From positions 593,131 through 657,130 of the forward strand of contig CP061210.1 of NCBI GenBank assembly GCA_026016225.1: a DNA stretch of 64,000 nt, in the 5' to 3' direction. The notes beneath the pieces were generated by a model. The model had not been told where the DNA came from, searched no databases, and worked only from the letters and a program-made list of their open reading frames with translations. The stretch comes from Candidatus Nealsonbacteria bacterium. Its GTDB lineage: Bacteria; Patescibacteriota; Minisyncoccia; Minisyncoccales; JANBVM01. Position numbers and translations under genes: made by a program. This document shows, in pieces, positions 38,962 through 49,179 of the stretch; within the stretch, counting starts at the first letter, position 1; each line of letters begins with the position of its first letter.

Positions 38962-39627
38962 TTAGAATTTTTCTCCTTTATATATCCAAACTTTTATCCC
39001 TACGGCTCCGTAACTACAAAAAGCTGTATCTCGAGCATAGTCAATATCAGCTCTCAAGGTTTGTCTCGGAAGCAAACCTTTTTGCAGCCATTCTCTTCTT
39101 GCAATAGAGATTCCATTTAATCTACCTGCAACTTCAAGTCTTGCTCCTTTCGCTCCTTTTTGACTCATAATCTTACTTAAGGTCTTTTTCAAAACTCTTC
39201 GATAGGGCATTCTTTTTTCAATTTGAGCAGCCATCAACTGAGCAACTAAAAGAGCAGAAAGCCATATGTTTTTAATTTCTCTAATTTCAATCTTTGAATC
39301 TAACTTTATGCCTCCTCTTTTGTTATAGGGAGCTTTTGTTTTTAAAATCTTTTGCCTTAATTCTTTTATTAATCTTTCAACACCTTCTCCTGCCCGACCT
39401 ATTACTAATCCCGGCCTAGCAGTAAAAATTATAATATTTATCTTACCGGGAGACCTCTCAATTTCAATCTTACCCAACCCAAACTTTTTAATCTTCTTTT
39501 TGATAAATTCTCTAATCTCAAAATCTTCCTTTAAATAGGAAGCGAAATTTTTTTCGTAAAATCCGCGAGAATCCCAATCTTTTATTTCCCTTATTCTGAA
39601 TGCTTTTGGGTGAACCTTGTGTGACAT
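38962..39627 (-). CDS. rpsC: 30S ribosomal protein S3
   Basis: HKVHP, RPGLVIG, GRLNG, LRADIDY, GIKVWI. Confidence 0.98.
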   Translation of the reverse strand: MSHKVHPKAFRIREIKDWDSRGFYEKNFASYLKEDFEIREFIKKKIKKFGLGKIEIERSPGKINIIIFTARPGLVIGRAGEGVERLIKELRQKILKTKAPYNKRGGIKLDSKIEIREIKNIWLSALLVAQLMAAQIEKRMPYRRVLKKTLSKIMSQKGAKGARLEVAGRLNGISIARREWLQKGLLPRQTLRADIDYARDTAFCSYGAVGIKVWIYKGEKF

Positions 39628-39666
39628 AATAATTTAAATTCTAAATTCTTTTTACGAAGTGAAAGG

Positions 39667-40251
39667 CTATATGGCTTTTCGCCTAAAAAATCTTTTTATC
39701 CCTCTTTCTCTTTTTGGTCTAATTCTTTTTGTTCTAATTTTTTCTGTTTTTAATCTTTTTTTCATTTTTTCTTTTATCTCTCTTGATTCCTCTGCCTTTA
39801 ATGTTTCTTTCTTTCTATCTTTTTCAATCTTAACGGTTTTTTTCTCTTCCTTCGTAGTTTTGATAAAGGAGGGTTTTTCCCCTGCCAATTTTAATTTTTT
39901 CTTGACAACTTTTTTCTCAACCTCCTCTAAAACAATTGTTATATGAGATGTTCTCTTAAGGATTATATCTGCCTTTCCTCTCGCCCGAGGAAAAGTTCTT
40001 TTATAACTTGGACCTCCGTCAACAAAAATTTTGGAAACATAAATATTTTTTTTATCCAGTTTCAAGTTTCTATCTTTAGCATTGGCTAAGGCTTGATTAA
40101 GAAGTTTCAATATTGGCAAGGCAGCTCTTTTCTGAGTGAAATTCAAAATAGTTTGAGCTTCCTCAACCTTTTCTCCCCGAATCAAATCAGCTACTAATCT
40201 TACTTTTCGAGGAGCAATCCTTAAATAACGTAGTTTAGCACTTGAAATCAT
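39667..40251 (-). CDS. rplV: 50S ribosomal protein L22 with K/E-rich C-terminal extension
   Basis: RIAPRKVRLVADLIRG, PRARG, SHITI. Confidence 0.97.
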   Translation of the reverse strand: MISSAKLRYLRIAPRKVRLVADLIRGEKVEEAQTILNFTQKRAALPILKLLNQALANAKDRNLKLDKKNIYVSKIFVDGGPSYKRTFPRARGKADIILKRTSHITIVLEEVEKKVVKKKLKLAGEKPSFIKTTKEEKKTVKIEKDRKKETLKAEESREIKEKMKKRLKTEKIRTKRIRPKRERGIKRFFRRKAI

Positions 40252-40287
40252 AATTTGCCTTATTTAATGCCTGTATGTTCTTATGTT

Positions 40288-40596
40288 TTACTTCTTTCCT
40301 GTTTCTTTTCGAACTCCCTTCTTTTCTAAGTCTCTTTGCATTTTTCCACCATGCCTTAAAAACTTAGTGGTTGGAGAAAATTCACCAAGTTTATGTCCAA
40401 CCATAGCTTCTTCAACCTTCACAGAAATAAATTCTTTTCCGTTATGGACAAGAAAAGTAAAACCAACCATTTCCGGACTAATAACACAATTTCTTCTCCA
40501 TGTTCTGATGGGTTCTTTTTTATTACCTTTTAATCTCTCTATTTTCTTCATTAACTTTGGGTCAATATATGGACCTTTTTTAAGACTTCTAGCCAT
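40288..40596 (-). CDS. rpsS: 30S ribosomal protein S19
   Basis: [21 protein letters not shown]. Confidence 0.98.
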   Translation of the reverse strand: MARSLKKGPYIDPKLMKKIERLKGNKKEPIRTWRRNCVISPEMVGFTFLVHNGKEFISVKVEEAMVGHKLGEFSPTTKFLRHGGKMQRDLEKKGVRKETGKK

Positions 40597-40597
40597 A

Positions 40598-41404
40598 TTA
40601 TTTTCTCTTTCTTCTTCTTTTAATTATTAATTTATCTGTCCATTTTTTTCTTCTGGTTCTAACTCCGAGAGCCGGTTTTCCCCAGGGTGTTTTTGGATGC
40701 TTCATTCCAATCGGACTCTTTCCAGACCCTCCTCCATGCGGATGGTCTACCGGGTTCATAGCCGTTCCTCTGACAGCTGGCCGCCAACCCCTCAATCTTC
40801 TCCTACCTGCTTTTCCTATTTTTTCAAAACGCTTTTTGGGATTTGAAACCTGACCTATTGAAGCAAAACAATCTTTAAAAACCTTTCTGATTTCTCCTGA
40901 AGGCATCTTCAAATGAGTATAACGTCCTTCGTGAACCAAAATCTTAGCAGATGTTCCAGCTGACCTTACTATTTTTCCTCCTCTACCCACCTCTAATTCA
41001 ATATTATAAACACCGCTTCCTGAAGGAATATTCTTTAATCTCATTCTATTGCCGATTTTTACCTTAGCTTTCTCAGAACAAATTATCTCATCTGATTCCT
41101 TAAGACCAACAGGAGCTAAAACATATCTTTTATCGCCATCTTCATAAGTAATTAAAGCTATAAAAGCAGTCCGGTTTGGGTCATATTCTAAAGCTAAAAC
41201 CTTTCCTTTAATGTCTAACTTTTCTTGACCAAAATCCAAAATCCTGTAAAGTCTTTTAACGCCTCCTCCTCTATGGCGAACACTTATCCTGCCTGAACTA
41301 CTCCTGCCCCCTTTTTTCTTTAAAGGCGAAAGTAGTTTTTTTTCCGGCTTTTTCTTACTTAATAACTTTCTTAATGATACTGTTTTTTTCATAATAAATT
41401 TCAA
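40598..41404 (-). CDS. rplB: 50S ribosomal protein L2
   Basis: [31 protein letters not shown]. Confidence 0.98.
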   Translation of the reverse strand: MKFIMKKTVSLRKLLSKKKPEKKLLSPLKKKGGRSSSGRISVRHRGGGVKRLYRILDFGQEKLDIKGKVLALEYDPNRTAFIALITYEDGDKRYVLAPVGLKESDEIICSEKAKVKIGNRMRLKNIPSGSGVYNIELEVGRGGKIVRSAGTSAKILVHEGRYTHLKMPSGEIRKVFKDCFASIGQVSNPKKRFEKIGKAGRRRLRGWRPAVRGTAMNPVDHPHGGGSGKSPIGMKHPKTPWGKPALGVRTRRKKWTDKLIIKRRRKRK

Positions 41405-41420
41405 AAAGATATATAAATAA

Positions 41421-41840
41421 TTAGGGGGTTAGTTCTCCAATCTTTTGTCCTTCTTTTATTTTTACAATTGCTTTTTTGTAAGCTTTTGTCCATCCTGAAG
41501 TCTTACCTAATCTTCTTCTTTTTTTAGGAATTTTTATAATCTTAACACTTAAAACATCAACACCGTATAATTGTTTAACTGCTTTTTTAATTTCAGTTTT
41601 ATTAGAATCTAAAAAGACCTTAAAAGTATATTGGTTTTTTTTCGTCAAATCTGTTGCTTTTTCTGTAATATGAGGGGCTTTTAGAATAGTAACTGCTAAT
41701 TTAGTATCAGTCTTTTTCTTTTTTCTTTTTAAAATTTTCTCTGTCTTTTTTTTAATTTCCTTTGGCTCCTCAATGGTCTCTTTTACTTCTTTTTTTTCAG
41801 ATAAGGGTTTTTTCTTTTTGAATAAATCTCGTAAATCCAT
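41421..41840 (-). CDS. rplW: 50S ribosomal protein L23 with N-terminal extension
   Basis: PHITEKA, NKTEIK.AV, KKAIV. Confidence 0.95.
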   Translation of the reverse strand: MDLRDLFKKKKPLSEKKEVKETIEEPKEIKKKTEKILKRKKKKTDTKLAVTILKAPHITEKATDLTKKNQYTFKVFLDSNKTEIKKAVKQLYGVDVLSVKIIKIPKKRRRLGKTSGWTKAYKKAIVKIKEGQKIGELTP

Positions 41841-41853
41841 AGAATGTAATTAA

Positions 41854-42486
41854 TTATTTTTTTAAAAATGTTTCTTTTATTATTTTTACACTTTCGACTG
41901 GCATAATTAAATATTTAAAAGAGGCTAAATCTAAACAATTCAAATTCTTTGCCTCTATAGTTTCTACGCGGGGAATGTTCCTTACAGCCAAAATTATTTT
42001 TTTGTCGACTGCAGGTAGAGCAACCAGAGCACTTTCTTTTTTAGAAGGAAGCCTTTCTAAAATTTGAGCTGCTTGTTTTGTTTTTGGTTGTTCTATTTTT
42101 AGCTCATCAATCAATACTATCAATTTCCTTTTTGCCTTTTCAGATAACAGCATAAAAAGAGCTGACCTTTTCATTTTTTTTGGAATTTTTTTCTTAAACT
42201 TTTTTTCTTTTGTTGGACCGAAAGTCACTCCTCCTCCTGTCCAGATAGGAGACCTGATTGAACCATGTCTTGCTCTCCCCAATCCCTTTTGGCGCCAGGG
42301 CTTCCTCCCTCCTCCTCTTACTTCACCTCTACCTTTTGTATGTGCTATCACTCTTCTTCTATTTGCCATTTGAGATGTAACAACCTGGTAAATTAAATCA
42401 GTATTAATTTTTACGCCAAAAAATTCTTCTGGTAATAATTCTTCTCCAACTTTCTTACCTCTTTGGTCTAAAACTTCATATTTCAT
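41854..42486 (-). CDS. rplD: 50S ribosomal protein L4
   Basis: GGGRKPWRQKG.GRAR.GSIRSP, GGGVTFGP. Confidence 0.98.
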   Translation of the reverse strand: MKYEVLDQRGKKVGEELLPEEFFGVKINTDLIYQVVTSQMANRRRVIAHTKGRGEVRGGGRKPWRQKGLGRARHGSIRSPIWTGGGVTFGPTKEKKFKKKIPKKMKRSALFMLLSEKAKRKLIVLIDELKIEQPKTKQAAQILERLPSKKESALVALPAVDKKIILAVRNIPRVETIEAKNLNCLDLASFKYLIMPVESVKIIKETFLKK

Positions 42487-42491
42487 AATAA

Positions 42492-43085
42492 TTAATCTTT
42501 AACTAATTCCAAAAGGGTTCCCTTTCTTCCAGGAACCGCTCCTTTTATCATTAATAAATTATTTTCCGGGTCAACTTTAAGTATCTTTAGATTTTTAATT
42601 GTGACTCTTTCACTTCCCATTCTTCCAGGCATTTTTTTTCCTTTCAGCACTCTTGGAGGCATTGAAGCACCTACAGAACCTATAGTCCTGTGCTCATGTT
42701 TTGTTCCCCGGGTTCTTGGTCTTCCATGGAACCCCCATTTTTTCACCACTCCTGCAAAACCTTTTCCTTTTGAAATCCCGGAAACCTTAACAATATCCCC
42801 TTCTTTAAAAATCGAGACATCAAATTCTTGTCCTGTCTCATACTCTGAAATATCTCCTCTAAATTCTCTTAAGTATTTAAAGGGTTTTTGCTTTTGTGTT
42901 TTTTTAAGCTTTTTATCTTTTAATTTTTTAAACCCAATTTGAATAGCTGTGTATCCGTCTCGTTCTTTTGTTTTAATCTGCAATACCTTACATATGCCCG
43001 ACTCAATCACTGTTAAAGGAACTTGATTACCTTGTTCATCAAAAATCTGGGACATTCCTACTTTTAAACCTAATATAAATTTCAT
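42492..43085 (-). CDS. rplC: 50S ribosomal protein L3
   Basis: GLKVGMSQ, SKGKGFAG, KGKKMPGRMG, KGAVPG. Confidence 0.98.
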   Translation of the reverse strand: MKFILGLKVGMSQIFDEQGNQVPLTVIESGICKVLQIKTKERDGYTAIQIGFKKLKDKKLKKTQKQKPFKYLREFRGDISEYETGQEFDVSIFKEGDIVKVSGISKGKGFAGVVKKWGFHGRPRTRGTKHEHRTIGSVGASMPPRVLKGKKMPGRMGSERVTIKNLKILKVDPENNLLMIKGAVPGRKGTLLELVKD

Positions 43086-43128
43086 AATGGTGAATTAACT
43101 GCGAATTTTATTTTAACTTGTCTGTTAA

Positions 43129-43157
43129 TTTAAAGCCGGGCATAGCCCGGCTTTAAA
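43129..43157. terminator. perfect 13-bp inverted repeat between rpsJ and rplC (attenuator/terminator or processing stem)
   Basis: tttaaagccgggc-ata-gcccggctttaaa. Confidence 0.55.
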
Positions 43158-43231
43158 CCTTTAGCTATTTGAATTTAATTTATAAATTTATAAGATTTAC
43201 TTTTAACATTAATTTTAATTAAAAAATATTA

Positions 43232-43576
43232 CTATCGCATCTTTATCTCGATATTCACTCCTGTGGGTAGATTCAAGTCCCTCAAAGCGTCAATCACTTT
43301 AGCATTAGGTTCTAAAACATCAATCAATCTCTTATGAACTCTAATTTCAAACTGTTCCCTGCTATCTTTATGGATAAAAGTAGACCTATTGACAGTATAT
43401 TTATGAATTTCAGTAGGTAAAGGAACGGGTCCTGAAACTTTTGTTCCAAAACGGATTACTACTTCAACAATTTGTTTGGCAGAACTATCAATTACTTTAT
43501 GGTCATAAGCCCATAATTTAATACGGAGTTTTGGTTTAGCTTCTTGTTCGGTTGCTACTGTTTTTTTCTTTGGCAT
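43232..43576 (-). CDS. rpsJ: 30S ribosomal protein S10
   Basis: [28 protein letters not shown]. Confidence 0.98.
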   Translation of the reverse strand: MPKKKTVATEQEAKPKLRIKLWAYDHKVIDSSAKQIVEVVIRFGTKVSGPVPLPTEIHKYTVNRSTFIHKDSREQFEIRVHKRLIDVLEPNAKVIDALRDLNLPTGVNIEIKMR

Positions 43577-43647
43577 CTTTAAAAATTTACTGTTGGAATG
43601 TTCGCTCGCAAAGAGTGGTCTTACAATCTAATCACTCTATCATTTAT

Positions 43648-44847
43648 TTACTTCGCTATTTTCGTTACCACTCCTGCTCCCACTGTTTTCCCACCTTCTC
43701 TAATAGCAAATCTTTGTTTCTCTTCCATTGCAATAGGAGCCATTAATTTAATTTTTAGATTTACAGTATCACCCGGCATAACCATCTCCGTTCCTTCAGA
43801 TAATGAAACCTCTCCAGTAACATCGGTAGTTCTGAAGTAAAACTGAGGTTTATAACCTGTAAAGAAAGGGGTATGTCTTCCTCCTTCTTCTTTAGTCAAA
43901 ATGTAAACCTGACCATCAAATTCACTGTGAGGAGTAATACTTCCTGGTTTAGCTAATACCTGGCCTCTCTCAACCTCTTCCTTTTTTATTCCCCTTAATA
44001 AAACTCCAACATTATCTCCTGCCCTACCTTCATCTAAAATTTTATTAAACATTTCAATTGAAACTGCTGTTGTTTTCACGGTGGGTTTTATACCAATTAA
44101 TTCCACTTCTTCGTTGGGTTTTACAATTCCTCTCTCAATTCTACCTGTAGTTACTGTTCCACGACCAGCAATTGAGAAAACATCTTCAATTGCCATTAAA
44201 AATGGTTTATCTGTTTCTCTGGAAGGTTCTGGAATATAATCATCAACAGCCTTAATCAGCTCTAAAATTGGTTTTACAGCCTCATCTTCTAAGGATTTTA
44301 CATCTAAAGCCTTTAAAGCGGAACCTCTAATTATTGGAATTTCATCTCCTGGAAACTCATATTTTTTCAAAAGCTCCCTTAATTCTGACTCAACCAAATC
44401 AATAATCTCAGGGTCATCAACAACATCGCATTTATTAATAAAAACCACTATAGAGGGAAGACCAACCTGCCTGGCTAAGAGTATATGTTCTCTTGTCTGA
44501 GGCATTGCACCATCAACGGCTGAAACAACCAAAATTGCCCCATCCATTTGAGCAGCCCCCGTAATCATGTTCTTAATATAGTCAGCGTGTCCAGGGCAAT
44601 CAATTAAAGCATAGTGACGTTTTTCTGACTCATACTCAACATGAGAAACAGAAATAGTCAAGCCCCTGGCTTTTTCCTCTGGAGCGGCGTTTAGTTCGTC
44701 TACTCCCCAGTTTGTTGCACTCAGACCCTTAAGTCTGCTGATGTGAAGAATGGCTGCGGTAGTAGTAGTCTTTCCATGAGCAACATGGCCAATGGTACCT
44801 ATATTGACGTGAGGTTTTGTTCTTACAAATTTTTCTTTTTCTGCCAT
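43648..44847 (-). CDS. tuf: elongation factor Tu
   Basis: [31 protein letters not shown]; variant P-loop GHVAHGKT. Confidence 0.98.
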   Translation of the reverse strand: MAEKEKFVRTKPHVNIGTIGHVAHGKTTTTAAILHISRLKGLSATNWGVDELNAAPEEKARGLTISVSHVEYESEKRHYALIDCPGHADYIKNMITGAAQMDGAILVVSAVDGAMPQTREHILLARQVGLPSIVVFINKCDVVDDPEIIDLVESELRELLKKYEFPGDEIPIIRGSALKALDVKSLEDEAVKPILELIKAVDDYIPEPSRETDKPFLMAIEDVFSIAGRGTVTTGRIERGIVKPNEEVELIGIKPTVKTTAVSIEMFNKILDEGRAGDNVGVLLRGIKKEEVERGQVLAKPGSITPHSEFDGQVYILTKEEGGRHTPFFTGYKPQFYFRTTDVTGEVSLSEGTEMVMPGDTVNLKIKLMAPIAMEEKQRFAIREGGKTVGAGVVTKIAK

Positions 44848-44854
44848 AATAAAT

Positions 44855-44930
44855 CATGAAACATGGAACATGGAACATGGAACATAATTATAGAATTCAG
44901 GTCTCAGGTTTCAGGCTTCAAGCTTCAAGA
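44855..44930. repeat. two degenerate 7-mer tandem arrays in the tuf leader
   Basis: (catggaa)x4 at 44855-44885 and (ttcagg/ttcaag-N)x5 at 44896-44930. Confidence 0.8.
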
Positions 44931-44949
44931 AATTTTATTTATATTTGTT

Positions 44950-44978
44950 ATTTTATTTAATTTTAAAAAATAAGTCAA
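44950..44978 (-). promoter_or_regulatory. internal promoter for tuf
   Basis: TTGACT-17nt-TAAAAT. Confidence 0.65.
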
Positions 44979-45000
44979 CCCCGCACCACTTTATTATAAA

Positions 45001-47103
45001 CTATTTCTTCTTTCCTTCAATAATATCCTGAGCAATGTTCTGTGGCACTTCGTTATAACAATCAAATTCCATTGTAAATGTTCCCCTTCCTTCCGTCAAG
45101 CTTCTTAAGGTAGTGGCATAACCAAACATTTCAGTTAAGGGAACCTCTGCATCAATAATCTTGAGATTTAACCTATCTTTTGTTTCTTTAATTTTTCCTC
45201 TTCGAGCCGATAAATCTCCGATAACATCGCCAAAAAATTCAGAAGGAATCACTACTTCCAACTTCATTATTGGTTCTAATAAAACAAGTTCTGCTTTCTT
45301 TGCAGCTGCTTGAAGCGCCATGGAAGCTGCAATCTTAAAGGCAAATTCGGAAGAATCAACTTCATGGAAAGAACCATCATAAAGAGTAGCAGAAAAGTCA
45401 ACCAGAGGATAACCAGCCAATATTCCTTTTTCCATGGCTTCTTTCACTCCCTTCCCAACAGCAGGAATATATTCTTTCGGTATAATTCCTCCTTTAATCT
45501 TATCAATAAACTCAAAACCTTCTCCTCTTTTTTTAGGCTCTAACTTCAGCCAAACATGTCCATACTGACCTCTACCTCCAGACTGCCTAATGTATTTACC
45601 TTCAGCTTCAGCTATCTTTTTTATTGTTTCTTTAAAAGCGACCTGGGGTTTACCAATATTTCCTTCAATCTTAAATTCTCTTTTCATTCTATCAACAATA
45701 ACCTCTAAATGTAGCTCACCCATACCAGAGATAATTGTTTCACCTGTTTCTACATCTCCCTTTATTGTAAAAGTAGGGTCTTCTCCAGATAACTTTTTTA
45801 AAGCTAAATTCATTTTTTCTTCATCAATCTTATTCTTAGGTTCAATTCTAATAGAAATTACAGGTTCAGGAAAAATAATTTTTTCTAAAACAATGGGATG
45901 CTCTTGGTCACAAAGTGTATGACCTGTAGAACTATTTTTTAAACCAACCGTAGAAGCAATGTCTCCGGCTGACACTTCGTCAATATCTTCTCTTTTATCA
46001 GCGAGCATCCTCAAAATTCTACCTATCCTTTCTTTCTCTCCGGTAGTAGTATTGAAAACATAAGAACCTTTTTTTAATTGTCCTGAATAAACCCTGAAAT
46101 AGCTTAAAGTACCAACATAAGGATCTGTAGCAACCTTGAAAACTAAAGCAGAAAATGGCTCTGAATCATCACTTTTTCTTTCAATAACTTTACCAGACTT
46201 TGGGTCAGTGCCCTTAACTAACGGAATGTCAAGGGGACTGGGTAAATAATAAATTACTCCATCTAAAAGAGGTTGAACTCCTTTATTTTTCAAAGCCGAA
46301 CCGCAGAATACCGGAATTAATTTATATTCTATGGTGGCTTTTCTCAAAGCTTCTCTTAACTCATCAATAGAAATTTCTTCTTTGTTTAAATACTTTTCTA
46401 AAAGTTTTTCATCTTCAGCAACAATTTTCTCTATCAATTTTTTTCTCCACTCTTTGGCTTTTTTTAATAAATTAGAAGGGATATCAATTTCTCTTATGTT
46501 CTCCCCAGACTCACCTTCAAATTTGACAGCTTTCATTTTTAACAAATCAATAACCCCCTCATATTTTTCTTCCAAACCAATCGGTAATTGAAGAGCGACT
46601 GCCTTGGGAGATAGTTTTTTCCAGATTGATTCTAAACTTTTTTCAAAATCAGCTCCCATTCGGTCTAATTTATTTATAAAGCAGATTCTTGGAACATTAA
46701 ATTTATCTGCCTGACGCCAAACAGTTTCTGATTGAGGCTCCACTCCCGCCACTCCATCAAAAACAACAACTCCCCCATCAAGAACGCGTAAAGACCTTTG
46801 AACTTCAGCCGTAAAGTCAATATGTCCGGGCGTATCAATAATATTTATTTTATACTCTTTATCTTCTTTTTCTTTTAAATCGTCAGGTAGCCAAAAACAG
46901 GTAATGGCAGCCGAAGTAATTGTAATTCCTCTTTCCCTTTCTTGAGCCATCCAGTCAGTAATAGTGGTGCCCTTATCAACGCTTCCAATTTTATGAGTCA
47001 TGCCGGTATAAAACAAAATCCGCTCGGTAGTTGTTGTTTTACCGGCATCGATGTGAGCAATAATACCTATGTTTCTATATTTTTCAAGCGGATATTGTCT
47101 CAT
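45001..47103 (-). CDS. fusA: elongation factor G
   Basis: [33 protein letters not shown]. Confidence 0.98.
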   Translation of the reverse strand: MRQYPLEKYRNIGIIAHIDAGKTTTTERILFYTGMTHKIGSVDKGTTITDWMAQERERGITITSAAITCFWLPDDLKEKEDKEYKINIIDTPGHIDFTAEVQRSLRVLDGGVVVFDGVAGVEPQSETVWRQADKFNVPRICFINKLDRMGADFEKSLESIWKKLSPKAVALQLPIGLEEKYEGVIDLLKMKAVKFEGESGENIREIDIPSNLLKKAKEWRKKLIEKIVAEDEKLLEKYLNKEEISIDELREALRKATIEYKLIPVFCGSALKNKGVQPLLDGVIYYLPSPLDIPLVKGTDPKSGKVIERKSDDSEPFSALVFKVATDPYVGTLSYFRVYSGQLKKGSYVFNTTTGEKERIGRILRMLADKREDIDEVSAGDIASTVGLKNSSTGHTLCDQEHPIVLEKIIFPEPVISIRIEPKNKIDEEKMNLALKKLSGEDPTFTIKGDVETGETIISGMGELHLEVIVDRMKREFKIEGNIGKPQVAFKETIKKIAEAEGKYIRQSGGRGQYGHVWLKLEPKKRGEGFEFIDKIKGGIIPKEYIPAVGKGVKEAMEKGILAGYPLVDFSATLYDGSFHEVDSSEFAFKIAASMALQAAAKKAELVLLEPIMKLEVVIPSEFFGDVIGDLSARRGKIKETKDRLNLKIIDAEVPLTEMFGYATTLRSLTEGRGTFTMEFDCYNEVPQNIAQDIIEGKKK

Positions 47104-47112
47104 ATCACTTCC

Positions 47113-47583
47113 TCACCATGAAAAATGAGCAAAAGCTCTATTAGCTTCTGCCATTCTATGTGTATCTTCTTTCTTTTTTACTGCCCAACCTGTATTATTG
47201 GCAGCTGCAAGCAATTCTTCGGCCAATTTCTCCTTCATTGGTTTCCCCTTCTTTGATTTTGCTGCCTGAATTATCCAGCGCATAGCCAAAACTAATTTTC
47301 TATCTCCTCTCACTTCTCTTGGAATCTGATAAGTAGCACCACCAATCCGCCTTGGCTTCACCTCTAAGAATGGACTTGTATTCTTAATAGCTACCTCAAA
47401 AACATCTATTGGGTCTTTTTTTGTTTTTTCTTTTAAAATATCAAAGGCGCCATAAACAATCTTTCTGGCAACAGTTTTTTTACCTTTCCTCATTATATAA
47501 TTAATTAATTTAGCAACAGTAACATTATTATAAACGAAGTCAGGTTCAATTATTCTTTTTTTTGCTTTCTTTTGTCGAGCCAT
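47113..47583 (-). CDS. rpsG: 30S ribosomal protein S7
   Basis: [23 protein letters not shown]. Confidence 0.98.
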   Translation of the reverse strand: MARQKKAKKRIIEPDFVYNNVTVAKLINYIMRKGKKTVARKIVYGAFDILKEKTKKDPIDVFEVAIKNTSPFLEVKPRRIGGATYQIPREVRGDRKLVLAMRWIIQAAKSKKGKPMKEKLAEELLAAANNTGWAVKKKEDTHRMAEANRAFAHFSW

Positions 47584-47595
47584 GGTATTAAATGG

Positions 47596-48006
47596 TTATT
47601 TCTCTTTCTTCGTGCCGTACTTGGAGCGTTCCTGTTTTCTTCCCTCAACACCTCCTGCATCTAACACTCCTCTAACCACCTTGTAGTTTACTCCCGGTAA
47701 ATCCTTTATTTTTGCCCCCCTAATTAAGACTACCGAATGCTCTTGTAAATCGTGACCTTCTCCGGGAATATAAGCAGTCAGTTCCTGTCCATTGCTTAAA
47801 CGAACCCTGGCTACTTTTCTTAAAGCTGAGTGAGGCTTCTTTGGAGTCATAGTAAAAACCTTAATACAAACTCCTCTTTTAAAAGGAGATGGATGTCTTG
47901 ATCTTCTATTTTTCAAAACATTAAAGGTAAATTTAAAAACAGACGCTTTTTTGCGTTTTTTAATCTTTTTTCTTCCCTTTTTAATTAATTGATGAATAGT
48001 TGGCAT
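47596..48006 (-). CDS. rpsL: 30S ribosomal protein S12
   Basis: [36 protein letters not shown]. Confidence 0.98.
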   Translation of the reverse strand: MPTIHQLIKKGRKKIKKRKKASVFKFTFNVLKNRRSRHPSPFKRGVCIKVFTMTPKKPHSALRKVARVRLSNGQELTAYIPGEGHDLQEHSVVLIRGAKIKDLPGVNYKVVRGVLDAGGVEGRKQERSKYGTKKEK

Positions 48007-48060
48007 AGTAATAATTGAAAAGATTAACACAAACTAAAAAGGAAGTCAACACTTTTCTGT

Positions 48061-48696
48061 TTAAAAAAGTGGAGCACCAACAATTATAGTAAAAATCCAA
48101 TTAACAATATAAATTAAAAATTGAAAGAACCATGGGAAAAAGAAAATAAGAAAAATCAAAATGAAAAAACCAAATTGAGTTAGAAATATTTTTATTTTCT
48201 GCATTGAATAAGGCAAGAAAGTAAAAAGAACATGTGAACCATCCAAAGGCGGAATGGGTAATAAGTTAAATACACCTAAAATTATATTTAAATAAATAAT
48301 AGAAGAAAAAATTGAAGCAAGACTACTAGGAATGAAGCCTAAAGAAAAGCGAAGAATTAAACCAAAAACTAAAGCCACAGCTAAATTTACTCCTGGTCCA
48401 GCTAAAGCTACTTTAAGGGAACCATATTTTTGGTCTCGAAAATTATAAGGATTAATTGGTACAGGTTTTGCCCAACCAAAACCTCTGCCTGTGGTAAGAA
48501 TTAAAAAAAGCGGTACAATAACTGAACCAATTAGATCTAAATGTTTTGAAGGATTCAAAGTAAGACGACCGGCGTATTTTGCTGTTGGATCGCCTAAGTA
48601 ATCTGCCATAGCTCCATGAGAAACCTCATGAATAACAATAGAAAAAATCAAAATAATAATTTGTAATATAAGAGATACCAGAAATAAAAATTCCAT
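48061..48696 (-). CDS. site-2 protease family (M50) protein
   Basis: HEVSH, GDPT..GRLTLNP, GWAKPVP, NLLPIPPLDG. Confidence 0.93.
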   Translation of the reverse strand: MEFLFLVSLILQIIILIFSIVIHEVSHGAMADYLGDPTAKYAGRLTLNPSKHLDLIGSVIVPLFLILTTGRGFGWAKPVPINPYNFRDQKYGSLKVALAGPGVNLAVALVFGLILRFSLGFIPSSLASIFSSIIYLNIILGVFNLLPIPPLDGSHVLFTFLPYSMQKIKIFLTQFGFFILIFLIFFFPWFFQFLIYIVNWIFTIIVGAPLF

Positions 48697-48756
48697 ATTA
48701 GATAACTATACCAGATAATTTACAAAAATAAAAATTTTTGGTAAAATGTGACTACT

Positions 48757-48978
48757 ATGGCAAAGCAATGTCAAATCTGCGGAAAAACCTCGCAAAAGTT
48801 TAGAAAACTAATTAAACTTCGAGGAAAGTATAATCCAAGCACTAAAAAAAGAAGGTACCCTAATTTGCAATGGGTCCGGGTTCCTGGTGGAACAAAAAGG
48901 AAAAAATTTAAAAGCTTTGCAGGAAAAAGGATTTTAGCCTGCACAAAATGTATCAAAACCCTGGGAAAGATAAAATAA
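48757..48978 (+). CDS. rpmB: 50S ribosomal protein L28
   Basis: CQICGK, PNLQW, CTKCIK. Confidence 0.88.
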   Translation: MAKQCQICGKTSQKFRKLIKLRGKYNPSTKKRRYPNLQWVRVPGGTKRKKFKSFAGKRILACTKCIKTLGKIK

Positions 48979-48982
48979 TTTT

Positions 48983-49057
48983 CGGGCTGTAGCGCAGTTT
49001 AGTTAGCGCGCTCGCATGGGGCGCGAGAGGCCGCCGGGGCAGAGCCGGCCAGCCCGA
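48983..49057 (+). tRNA. tRNA-Pro(GGG), atypical D- and T-loops
   Basis: CGGGCTG/CAGCCCG-A acceptor, GCGC D-stem, CTCGC-ATGGGGC-GCGAG anticodon arm, GCCGG-GGCAGAG-CCGGC T-arm. Confidence 0.88.
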
Positions 49058-49084
49058 CACTTTTATTTAGAGACGCTAAAAAAT

Positions 49085-49171
49085 GAACTACCCCGCCCTA
49101 AAGGGACGGGGTATCCCTTCCGCCAACTGGCGGAGGGGCAAGTTCTTTTGCCCCGCCTGGGCGGGGCAAAA
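49085..49171. repeat. cluster of three GC-rich palindromes between tRNA-Pro and the nuclease gene
   Basis: taccccgccctaaagggacggggta; ccttccgccaactggcggaggg; ttttgccccgcctgggcggggcaaaa. Confidence 0.8.
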
Positions 49172-49179
49172 TAAAATCT

